Below, one piece after another: positions 25,068 through 36,750 of a stretch of 64,000 nt of DNA. A model generated the notes under the pieces. It was not told where the DNA came from, did no database searches, and saw only the letters and a program-made list of their open reading frames with translations. The stretch spans positions 25,968,213 through 26,032,212 of the forward strand of contig OZ234493.1 in assembly GCA_965153455.1 (NCBI GenBank), read 5' to 3'. The translations under genes were made by a program, and so were the position numbers. Numbering within the stretch: the first letter of the stretch is position 1; each line of letters starts with the position of its first letter. The stretch is from Sphagnum compactum. Lineage: Eukaryota.

Positions 25068-27153
25068 CACATTGGCCTCCCTTATACGCCTCAAGAAATT
25101 GTTCATATTATGTTCTAATATTGTTGCCAAAAACAAAAACATCTTGGTCAAATTCACCTTTTCCATTTGTAATCAACAATTGTTTTTCACCTTTGCTATC
25201 CCCTACTCCCCTTACACTAATGACAATGACAATAATGGTAGCAAACCTCCAACTCTGAATAAAACGTCTGAACTTTCTAATGGAATCCATGTGGCAAAAC
25301 ATGGGAATTAACTTAGGTTGGAATACAAAAATTGATGACACAATGGTTATCGACTCAATTGTGATGACACCATGCATGTCTCCTTTCTCAAAATCCTTTT
25401 CAAACTTTCATTCAATGCCAAAATTTTCCACCTTCACAAACATGCTTCTGCAAATGTTATTCATGCATTTTATATAAGGCAATTTCACCCTCAAAGTGAT
25501 TATGGTCAGAGCTACCCTATCCAACAAATCACAATGTAAATATGCATAGCCTAGATCTTCAATGTTCTTATTTACAATTTGATCAAAGGTGCCATACCTA
25601 TTGAGCACATTTGCCTCAAATGCCACATCTTTAATTCCAAACTCCAAATCATTCACTACAACAATTAATCTAGCTTCCTTCACTAGCACAACAGCCATTA
25701 TGTATATAAAAAAAAACTTACCAAAATGAATTTGACAACAAACAAATGAAGTAGCACTTGGAAAAACTAAAAGTTGCAAAAGCACACATTTGGTAAAACA
25801 TACACTCGCAGAAACACAAACTTGCAAAGCAAGCAAAAAAAACAATTAACAAAATGGTGAAAGTTTAAACCAAACACATTATTCTTGTTATGAAATAAAA
25901 AATACAACAAACATACAATGTTATATTTATATGGGACAAAAGACCTAACTTAAACCCTAAACCTAATTCTAAACCTAACCTTAAACCTTTTATTACTTTA
26001 AATCGACTTTAAGTAATTTTGACTATGGTCGATTTCAACTTAACAATAAATGATCATATCCATGGTTTGGCACCTAAATTACGGTATAATTTGTGAACAA
26101 AACATTAATACCCTTGGCATCTTATAAATTTTAGTTATTGATTTGCAACAACTTTGATTATGGTAGATGTCTACCATTTACCATAAATATTGATGAACCA
26201 TGGTTTGGCAGTTAGATTGTGGTTTAATAATGAACAAGACATCAATACCCTTGGCACCTTATGAATTTGAATTATGCACCTCATGCTTACACTCAACCCT
26301 TAAATATCTCAACCTAGATTTGAAAGATATTAATACATAAACCTTCAATTTTTCTCCACTATTTAACCATTACCCCATCCTCCCCTCCTCACCCAAAAAA
26401 AATCATAACCCCTCATCCCCTTTTCTTAAAGCTCCAATTACAACTTGTAATTCTTTCAATTTAATTGAATTATCCATTCTTTATACCCATTGAAACCCCA
26501 TAATGAAAAACAAACCCATGAGAGAAGGAAAAAAATTAAATGCCTTAACCCCTTTGTTCTCCCTAAATTTTCACCTATAAACCCCACTATACCCCCACCC
26601 AACTTTATAAACTAGTTATGTTTGCCCCATGCATGTTTGTTAAAACCTAAAATCATAAATGCATATCCACTATCTTAGGGCAATAATAAATTTTTATAAT
26701 ATAAAAAACAACAACAATACAAAAAAGATAATCAATCAAAAATTAATCTCATCATGATTTTTATTATTAAATATTAGTCAAAGCCTTATTGAAGTTTTAA
26801 AAATAACATCAAATTAATCAAAAACATTTATATCTCAAAAATGAATTTTATATTTTTTTAAAAATTGACTTATTTTATCTTAATCATTTCTTGCATATTT
26901 TTTCAAATCCCATTTTAATAAGATTTAAAGGAATTGAAGCTAATTATTTGTATGTTTATCAAACAAATTTTGTTTGAAAAATTAATCATGTGAATTGTTT
27001 TTTACATTTCATAATGATATGGAACTTCATGATACAGAAAGGCAAGCGATAACCCAACAAAATAAAATGATATACAAACATGATTAAATCAGTTACCCAA
27101 CATTCATATTTTGAGAAGAAACCCAACAAGTAAATGGGTAGACTTCAAAACAA

Positions 27154-27349
27154 CCCATCAATTGGATTGGTGCACCCAAAATTTACACATGCCCATCAAT
27201 TAGATTGGTGCACCCAAAATTTACGCATGCCCATCAATTGGATTGGTGCACCCAAAATTTACACATGCCCATCAATTCGATTGGTGCACCCAAAATTTAC
27301 ACATGCCCATCAATTGGATTGGTGCACCCAAAATTTACACATGCCCATC
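27154..27349. repeat. 38-bp tandem repeat, 5 copies plus partial
   Basis: The unit is CCCATCAATTGGATTGGTGCACCCAAAATTTACACATG, with only 3 substitutions across the copies. Confidence 0.95.
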
Positions 27350-30300
27350 CATTAGCTTGGGCCAATAAAAAACTTACGCGCAAACCTATAACCTTATCCA
27401 TTCAACCAACTTTTGATTCTTCAACCCCTATACCCGATCAGAAGGTGTTCCCACAATGCCTCTGTAAAACATAACCAATAAAAAGAAAATTGTTTACATA
27501 ATGGCAGGTTCATGTACTCGTGTGTTTTCTTAAGGTTTAGGACACCCTTGGGCTCATGCCCTCCCCTCAAGAGTTACACTCATATGGGAACCTCCCCTTC
27601 AACTAAAGCTTAAAAACATATAAGGTGCAAAGGTCTAAGTTGCCTTTACACTGTACTAGCTTGTCATGAACAAGTGGGTCGTTCCTACAATAAAATGCCC
27701 CCTTGAGGTGGAACCAAGGGTTGCTAACATTCAAGAATGCCCCATTCCAAGGGCATTATTCAAGCATTGGTAAAAAAATGTACTTTTTGTTTCTCCCATG
27801 TCACTTGGTGTGTGTCACCCAAAATTTTTTTTTAAAGCTTTTCAAAACACCTCACCTTTTGCTAAGTAGAAATTTGATCTAAATAGACTATAACTTTTTT
27901 GTGGGTGGTTTATATACATAAAAGATCATAATAAATATCGGGTAGGTTTTTTAATTCCCTTCAAATGCAAAATCAACAATTATGTGGATATTTCAATCAT
28001 TTCGTACCTACATCATTAGCCATCATATTAGTGGTTCATTAAAAGGCAAAATGCACCTTAAGAAGGTATTCTCTAGCACATAACCCCCTCCATGCATTGA
28101 ATCGTATGGTAGGGGCTTGTAGCCTAGGAAGGGTCATGATCTATGATAATTAATTTTCAATTAAATCCCTACTAACACATAGCTAATATGTTACATTACT
28201 AAATTTTCAAACAACACCTAGGCACACCATACAAAACACTTGAACAAAATAAGAGATGAAACTTACTTATTTTTTAACTAATATCACCCACACACCTAAA
28301 GTTTGGTCTTTATGTGAGCTACATCCAATGCTAATCACATGCACCTAATTCAAAGCTTTACAAGGTTCACCATTTCCAACTTCAAAGCAAGCTAAGTCTA
28401 ATTTGTTTAAATGCCAATGCAAGCAATTTCAATAGGGGAGTTTTTCAAAGTTGTCATTCTCTTCAAGAAAAACATCCGTTTAATCTCATTCCCCCCTCCA
28501 AGTTATTAAAATTGAAAGAGTGAGTAGGTTTTAATCTTCATGGTGAATTTTTAAATGGATGGGAAGAAAGGGGGGAAAATTTTTAAGTCATAAGGATTAG
28601 AAAGTGAGCAAAAAATCACAATCACAAGGAAAGGGTTTTCATGGTAATACTCATGAAGGGAAGACACTCTTCTTTGAATTAAAAAATACATGAATAGAAA
28701 TATAGGGCCCCATATATTGGTTTTTTTAGTAAAAATTATAATTGGATTAGTTCTATAATAGAATTATGTTTACTCTAAAAATTAAAATATAATTAATATA
28801 AGGCATCTGATAATCCACAATATTAAAAAAAAGTAGAAGAAACATAAGATATATATTAAACATTTTAGGTATTAATTGTTAATAGGTTCAATTAATAAAT
28901 TTAAAAACTTTAATTCATGAGCTTTTATATATTTTGTTAAATATTACATCATGTGTTTATTATCAATTGAAGCCTTTTTGAATTGCTAATTATTCCTTTG
29001 GAAAACAAATTTGTTCAACTTTATCTTATAATGACAACTATACTTTGATTCATGTGCCTGTCTTTTGTTTCCACCTTTCATTCAAAATTTAGATATGGTA
29101 TATCGTTTAGCTTATTGAATAATTGATTATCAAGTTCTTTTTTTTTTTTGAATTATTTCACAAGGTCTATGAAACAACGGTATTGGGTCACAAAGAATCA
29201 TCAACAACATCATAATGTGCAAAGTTAATATCACCATAATAAATTTGTAAGGCCCATCATATACAATGGGTTTATAGTATTCAATTTATATTTTACCATG
29301 ATCATGTGAAGTGTTAAAGATGTTATATTACAAGAATTTTTGTTAGGTTAAATTGTTTTATTTCTATTGTTCCATTTGTGTAACTAACTGAAGATTGAAC
29401 TTGCATTGGTTAAAATTAATATGTCAAAGTACCAATTATATTAGCAATTACTATTGTCTAATCCTAAAATCTCATAAGTCTAAGTTGTAATGGAAACTAC
29501 ATTGACCACAAAATTTGTGGGCCTTGCCAATAGCAGAATAGATTGTTAAAAAACATTTAGGCAACTATTATTGCATGTCCTAGCTCATCATGTAAACAAA
29601 TGATCCACTTTTAAAATAACAATCTCGAATTCTTTTGCAACTCTAAACTCGCTAAAATTGAAATTTTAAATGAATATACCATACATGTATTGAAATTGGA
29701 TGAAAATAAAAAATTATAGCTAAATATAAAGCAATTGAAATATGTGTATATTAAAAATTAAGTAATAACATTAGGGTGGGGAAACAAAAATTCCTTCACT
29801 TAATACCCCCCCCCCCCAACTTTGTTTAACATATGCATTTTAACATTTAATGTCCCCTTGGGAAAACTCATAGGGAGTGGGAAGCAACCAAAAAAAATCA
29901 CAAAGAAATAATGAGAAGGGAGGGAAAAAAAAAGATCACTGAGAGGGAAGTGGGGAAGGATGGCAAAGTGAGAACAAAAACTAAACTACAACAATGGGAG
30001 CTTGGGGCTAGGTCCTTAAACTTTAGCCCCAAATCCCTATACTAAAGCCTATACCCTATACCTACACCTTTAAGATCCAACCCCAAACAAAAATACCTTA
30101 AAACGTATCAAATCAAATCTTCTTTTGCATCCAATTACCCTTTGAAAAACCTAGGTCATGTGAAGGGCAAAATCTTCTCATATCTAGACCCATCAAAGTT
30201 GGTCTTGTGGTGGCTCTTCTTCCATTAAAACCCACTAGGCCAAGTCCTTGAATTTGAACCTTGGTTAAAAACTTGAACCTAGGTTAAAAGGTTGCCCCTA

Positions 30301-30589
30301 ACCAACATAAGTATCAACAATGGTATTATTGAATACCAAACCAACTTGATATCTTTATACCATTATACCCCCAATATTAGTTTTCAAAAATGTTGTTGAA
30401 TATTGTACCAATCTATTGTTAGGTTTTAGATACTAGGTTCCTTTTGACATTATGTCCCAAGAGGATCCAACACTTCACTAGGTAACACAACTTGAAAAAG
30501 CTTAACATGTGGAATCTAGTGATAAACAAGGCAAGGCATTAACGAAGGTTGGGCTTCTCCATTGATGTTGAATATTTTCAATTGTCACA

Positions 30590-31230
30590 TCTACTCGAGT
30601 CTCTGATGGTATATCTCAAAACCAATTGCAGAACTAAGAGTGGTGCAAGGTTGGTCCACCAGTTGCGCAGCCGATGCGCATAGGAACCACATTATGCCAT
30701 ATTGTGCTGCATCGAGTAGGAACGGCTCTCCAAGGTAATGCTTGACCAACATGTAGTGCTCTTAGATTTTCTCCCTTTGGTCAAGCTGAGAAGGGGTGTT
30801 CTCAATTACATAACCAAGCGTAGGAGAACTGGATTGAGCCCAGGTGATCAATCGTACCATGTCCGTGAAGAGACCGGATCTTGTGCCACTCAAGCCTTCT
30901 CTGAATCCAGCTGCTGAAAATCCTTGACACTCTCAACTTGAAATGATGATGTCCACGGGGCCAAATAATTCCATATGCTTCTTCTAAATTAGTTGTATGT
31001 CAGAGGGCAAGAAAGTGAAACTGGCCTTCCATGTGGTGGTTGCAAACTCTTATGGAAATCTGGTTGTGAGCTCCATCATTCTCGATGCCGCCACTTGTTT
31101 TGCAATAGGATCAATGTTTACATAGAATATCTCCAAACCACCATCCTTGACTATAGTAGGGTTTCGAGACCTGTACCAATACCACCAAAGAGTTTTAGTA
31201 ATGTAATCCCTTCCTTAGGTAGTGTCCAGG
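30590..31230 (-). pseudogene. DNMT3-like cytosine-5 methyltransferase domain (decayed, retroelement-encoded)
   Basis: Motifs are I ITLLKLFGGIGTGL, II YVNIDPIA, IV VDIIISS*ECQGFSAAG, then RSGLF, VI YVIENT and VIII LLDAAQ/CGSYAHRLRNWWTNL. There are five in-frame stops and two frameshifts. The domain is cut off before motifs IX-X. Confidence 0.88.
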
Positions 31231-33349
31231 TGATTAGCTGACAAAGTATTGGCTTAATCGGTTCGCCATGGCTCTCCATGTTCTCAAAACTAGATAGAGC
31301 TTTGACCAAAGGCTTGTGGGCTGCTTTGAACCTTTGTAAAACCTCTTGTCCATGTTGAATGTCCGTAGGAACCACCCTCAAGCTTTCAGTAGCTTGGGCG
31401 TAAGCTGTCTCCTCTTCATCTCCCTCTATCCACTCATGGCTAGCTTGTTGGATGTAAGAAATGGTGTGTGCTTCCTTGCATACAATGGTGAGCCATAGGA
31501 TTATGGTTCCCATGTAAATCAAGGGGTATGTATCCCAGGTGGTGGCCGTTAGTCTCCCAATCCACTCGATAATACGCATGCTCGAACTAGTTGTCAATTG
31601 TGAAACCTGGTGGAAACAAGGCCTCTTGCCCAGTGAACACATCGTAACTAGTGGCATTGGTGACTAAACATCTGACATGTAGGCAAAGCTCCTGATCTAT
31701 ACCTTCATTGAAGTTAAGTGCAATCAAATCCGAGCTCTTCCCAAGTACCTCCTCTACGCTCCCACTAGCGGTGCAAATTTGCCACATAAATTTTTGTAGT
31801 TGGAATCAAGCATGCCCATCTTCTTGGCGAATTGAATTCCAAAAATCACTGGGTGGCACCTGTATCAAAAAGTACCACTCTGGATGTATGTCTTCCCATC
31901 TAGATTATCGACTTAGTATTATCGACAATGGCAACTTCAGTGGCGATGGAAGTTCTCTCACTAGGCATCACCTTCGGAAATGAGTGCAAGACTTTGTGGA
32001 AAGAATGGCTATCCACAATGCCTTTGTTGAATAACAAATCCACACGTGAGGTGTTCTTAGCTCCCTTCTGATATGTGAATGTAGAATCAGAAGTAGGAGA
32101 GCCCACTAGTTTAACCATGCTAGAACTAGTGACTAGATTACGAACGGCATCTACAACACGTGAGCCAATCGAATGTCTCTCCAAGGTCTTGGATGGGACC
32201 CCTGTAGCATGTGGATCAGGGATTGGTAGAGGACCTCATGTAGTGTTCAAGGTATATTTTAGTACTGCAATTATGTCCCTGGTGCTTAGCTTCAAATCTT
32301 GAAAACTAAACAACAGTGTATTCACAAGGTTTTGCGCCACTTCACACATTTGAAATTGGCACTCCATAAGTTGATCCGTGGAAAATTGTGTGTTTTCCTG
32401 ATGTACATGTACTCCTGAGACACAAAAAATTAATGCCCTAGCAGCTTGTGGTGTAGTAAGATGTACCGTTGATGTAGTGTAACCTGAACCTGAATTCCTG
32501 GTAGGAGTTGTGCTGGATGACGGTGGCATTGTAGACGTTTGATGGTACTGTCGAGAAGATCGTGAGCTCAAAGAAATCGGCTCAAATGATTATGTGTTAC
32601 TTCGTAGCTCATACCTTGGCTTTGGCTGAACGGTAGTGCTCTCATCATCCGAGGACATGGTGTTGTCCCATGCCCCAAAATTTTGTAACAATAGAGCACT
32701 AACTACAAAATTTTAACACAACCATGCAATTAAATGCAATTGTAATGGAAACTGAAATGTGAAGTGCTTAAGAAAACATACCGTAAGCAGCTGTAAGTTT
32801 CTATAATCACTAATGCTAAATGACGAAATAGAGGAAGAAAGAAATGTATATTTATGTATTAATAAGATTACGTAAGTGTATGTATTAATACAAAAATAAC
32901 GTAAATATATGTATTAATACTACATACGTAGATGTATGTATTAATACAAGAATATGTATATGTACGTTTTTATTTTTATTTTTTATAAAAAAATTAATTA
33001 AAAAAATAAATTTAAATTTAAATTTTTGAAATTTTTTGAAATTTTTTGAAATGTTGATGGACGGAATAGAACCATACGGACGAAATCATGACGGATGGAC
33101 GTCGACGGACATCAGACGGATGGACGTCAGATGGACAGATGTCGAACGGACGTTGGAGGCCACAACATTACAAAGTGCCCATGAGCTCCACAGCAATGGT
33201 GGACGACAACATGATGTCAGAGGCCACGGCACTGCAAATTGCCCATGAGCTCTGTAGCAATGGCGGGCGGTAACGCTACGCTGCAGATTGCTCGAGAGCT
33301 CTACAATGATGGCGTGCAGAAGCAAAAAAATAAATAAATAATTTACCTA

Positions 33350-33660
33350 ACATTGCATTTGGCTCTGGCAACCTTCGAGCATCTTTAAGGCTTCCTCCGC
33401 CTCCTCCTGTGTCTCTGTGCAAGAAAGAGAAAGAGATATCTTCTCCTCTTGTGCTACAACATGCACTCATGCGCGCACACTCAGGTGAAGATTTTCGGTG
33501 ATGGTATCCATGAGCTTACTACAGTTATGACGGACAGGTTACAAGAGGAGCTTGGCGTCACAGCCGCTTCCTTTGCCCCTGCTAGAGCCATGGCAGGAGG
33601 AGGAGCAACCGGGGTTGCTACTAGAGCTGCTCCTGTTGTGGAAGAGAAGACGGCGTTTAC
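33350..33660 (+). pseudogene. RPL12: Captured fragment of a plastid-type 50S ribosomal protein L12 (L7/L12) gene
   Basis: VKIFGDGIHELTTVMTDRLQEELGVTAASFAPARAMAGGGATGVATRAAPVVEEKTAF matches the L7/L12 N-domain, Ala/Gly hinge and EEKTEF motif. A transit-peptide-like stretch, NIAFGSGNLRASLRLPPPPPVS, lies upstream. Confidence 0.75.
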
Positions 33661-35294
33661 GCTACTACTATTTCTCATTTTTTTTCTACGCTTATACTGC
33701 AACCACAACAAGAACACATGAAAGGAGAAGTAACAACAATAACAACAATAACACCAGCAAAAAAAACCCAAGAAACTCAAAACAAAACCAAGAAAAATCT
33801 GCCATTTTTAACATTAAGTGACATAGAGTAGTTTTTTTAGAATTAAATTGCAAAGAAGGAAAGAAAACGTAATGTATGTAAACGGTGGCCGTGTAATAGT
33901 CGTCGTGAGTATCTAGAAATCCGATCTGATTATGAAAAAAATTCTCCCTGACAAAGAATTCTAGAAAAACTAATTAATAAGAGAAGGGAAGAGCTTGGTC
34001 GTTTATATAGCTACCAACAAGCTGAAACCCTAAACAAGCCATAACCCTAAAACACTTAATAATGTATAATAACCTAAAAACACACATTAACCCTAAGAGT
34101 GTACATTAACCCTAAAAGGCATGATTGGCATGCCCGTAACCAGCTGTCATGTATAAGGCCATGCATACGGGCATGACACATTCAAGAAAATAATTAAACT
34201 AAAAAATCCAAATAGTATTGTTACTTAAGTTGCAACAAGCTTGTGATTGTAAGCTTCATTTCATTTTAGCTTGTCCATTTGCTTATTTATCCCTATACAA
34301 GCAAACATCTAAGCTTGAGGCACAAAGACGCCTACATAGAAGCTAGTGGTTGGGACCCCCTTAATTAAGCACACCATAACATACTAACCACAACAAAATA
34401 GGGGATTTGCAAAATGAAAGTTTTTCTTGCCACATGACTTTTCCTACACACACAAGCTTGAAAAATTGTGGATCTTCACAAGTAGGCAACATGCACTTGT
34501 GGAACAACAATACTGTGACTTTGAAGATGACTACAACACAACAGACAATGTCAGTTGGAAGTAACTCATAATAAGGAGGTTCACAAGCCATCAAACAAGT
34601 TGTCACCAATGTTCCAACTATTTGCTATATATGTGAAAAAGTTTGTTTACTCATTGGCAATTCATGCCATGAATAGAAACAATATATTTCTAACTATGTC
34701 ATACAAATTTGCTCTTGATGTGAAGCATCAAAATTTTTGCTCTAAACCAAGGGCACCTTAGTGCTAATACCAAAAAAATAAAAATGCATAATGTACAACA
34801 AAAGAATGTGAAGTTTTGGATCGTAGAACTTGGAAAAATCAAAATCCGTCACAAAATTTTCATAAAGTTTTTGAACTTTTCATGTTGTGAATTGAGAATA
34901 ATTTCTTGTACCAGTAGACAAAATTTGTATTTTTGGAATTTGGAACAAGTGACATTACACTAATTTGTACATATATTAAACAACTAGTTATAAATTGGGT
35001 GTTTTGGGGATCTTCCTAGTTGCTAAGGTAATAGGTCCCATAGTTCATGTAGATCCTCCTGAAGCTTCAGCTTCGCTTGGAGTAGCCTTACACACATTGA
35101 TTACGATGAGTAATTCAAATTTATTGGGTTGGTTACTAACAATGAAAAAAAATTGTATTACAAACTTCAATGAAATGTGGGTAAATGGTTTTGCAGACCA
35201 ATATGGAGAGAGCAGATGGTTGAGAAGAATAGTAAAAAGTGGGCTTAATTGTTAGCAATGTACCAAGAAGTAATGGATCCAAAATTTTATAGGT

Positions 35295-36528
35295 GTGTTT
35301 AGTTCTTGCCCACCAAAAATTCCAATTGTCTTATTGCTTGGCCCACAAACATTTTGCAACAATTCATCCATTTGCAATCTTTAGAAAAAAACCCTCTTTA
35401 AAAAAGAACAAGCCCCCTTTGGATGCCCAAATATTTCAAGTTTGATAGCAACCAACACCCAATGATAACATGTCAAACGAGCATTTGTGACATAGTAGCA
35501 CACACACATATGTGGACAAAATGCCTTCTTGGGTATTTATTTGAAGGAAACCAAAGAGCTTGTGCACATATCCCTTAAAGGCACTTTTGTTGGTGAAGTA
35601 TCCTATCTAATAACAATGTGGTTTGTCTACATACCTGCATCACAACATACGATCCCACCATTTTGAATGAAGCCCATCAAAAGAAGAAAAACAACATCAA
35701 TGGAAGGAGAACATCAAGTCAGAAGAAGAAATTGATTGACAAAAATTTCATGCCCAACTATAAGACTTTTTTAAAACAACCTTACAGGAAAAATCACTTG
35801 TCTTCAAGGGCCATGTCTCATTGGTTGCATTTTTGGCATCCACATACATGGATGGTGTGGAATATAGTATTTTTTCACAGTCATCCTATCACAAGTAATA
35901 ACAATGACCTTTAGTCCAAAACCTAAGTGAATTTTCGAAACCCACAACCTTTATAAGAGCCCATTTGGTGTCATAACCATTGTTGGGTTTAGGGTTTAGG
36001 ATTTCACAAAAAACAAGTTTAGACTGAAAATTCTTCTTAAGACATTAAATACCTTGACTTATTAAGGAGAAGACCTCAAGAATAAGGGAAAACAAAAGGG
36101 TACATAAATCTAATGCACAAATTTCACCAAGTTCACATGGTGAATGAACTTATCCATTTGCTTCAACCACATTTTGGCATACATATACGCAAAGTCATCA
36201 CCCATGGTCCACATCAGATGGTTTGTCTAATATTTGTTGCTCTATGCACATCCAAAAAGAAGCACTATGGTGATTCAGTATTTTGTTGCATCACAAAAAT
36301 TCTAAACACTGATTTTACACACAACTCTAAGCACCAATTCAATAGTTAATTTTTCCTTATACAATTGACAAAATATTACATAACACAAATAGATCTGTTG
36401 TATAATAACATTATAAACCTAGTTTTGAGCATATTCCACAAAAAGATCAACTAATTCAAATACATTGTAGTCATTGAAACAAGCATCATCCTACACATCC
36501 ATATTAACAATAAAATATAAAAAATCCC

Positions 36529-36572
<44 letters not shown>

Positions 36573-36750
36573 CATATTGCAGAAAAAACCACCCTATGGT
36601 AACACGGTTGTACGGTGACTGTTTGTGTCAAGTCTTGGGCCAAACAAAAGAAAAAAGAAAAACATTTAGGTGTGTTAGTTACCTAGATAGGCAAATTTTT
36701 GGAACTAATGTCAAAGCTGAAGCTAGAAGGCGGTTCATATTCGATCCAAA
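35295..36750 (-). pseudogene. Intron-containing fragment of a GH38 alpha-mannosidase gene (6 decayed exons)
   Basis: The exons are collinear: YEPPSSFSFDISSKNLPI* (~36750-36683), DDACFNDYNVFELVDLFVEYAQN* (36490-36419), TNHLMWTMGDDFAYMYAKMWLKQMDKFIHHVNL (~36240-36128), LYSTPSMYVDAKNATNETWPLKTSDF (35885-35786), YVDKPHCY*IGYFTNKSAFKGYV (from 35634) and AIRQLEFLVGKN (~35340-35295). Confidence 0.85.
36532..36572. repeat. (TA)n microsatellite
   Basis: An uninterrupted TA run is visible. A second, interrupted run lies at ~18157-18187. Confidence 0.9.

Larger units (their letters stand above)
20217..25698 (-). pseudogene. Decayed gene for a putative multi-OB-fold (RPA70-like) ssDNA-binding protein, likely Helentron accessory gene
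   Basis: The first exon (~25698-24751) reads MAVVLVKEARLIVVVNDL...VKVENFGIE*KFEKDFEKGDMHGVITIESITIVSSI...GGQC and continues across the MITE at 24914-25067 as VMVLIMNV...RYLKAQHFTIL. There is a donor GTAAAT at 24750 and an acceptor TTTCTAG at 20728. The second exon (20727-20217) has a degenerate CxxC-like stretch (QKVCGNRH). The OB-fold call is by resemblance only. Confidence 0.45.
30583..34178 (-). mobile_element. Truncated LTR-retrotransposon relic: LTR-like region, gag-like ORF, aspartic protease, C5 DNA methyltransferase
   Basis: The LTR-like segment 32664-34178 has inverted ends TGTCCCATGCCC / GGGCATGACA. The ORF starts at ATG 32658. Retropepsin motifs are VVLFDTGA (~31855-31878), ICTASGSV and YDVFTGQEAL. 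The MTase domain follows. No RT, RNase H or integrase is visible. Confidence 0.75.

Noticed and set aside
25945-25990. Interstitial telomere
   Set aside because: Only a few degenerate AAACCCT units are present, and such motifs are scattered throughout the window.
27134-27474. Repetitive ORFs (HPKFTHAHQLDW)
   Set aside because: These are artefacts of the 38-bp tandem repeat.
30577-34185. TTCAA on both sides as TSD of the DNMT retroelement
   Set aside because: The 5-mers are offset by 1-2 nt from the TG/CA termini and there is no second LTR, so the match is inconclusive.
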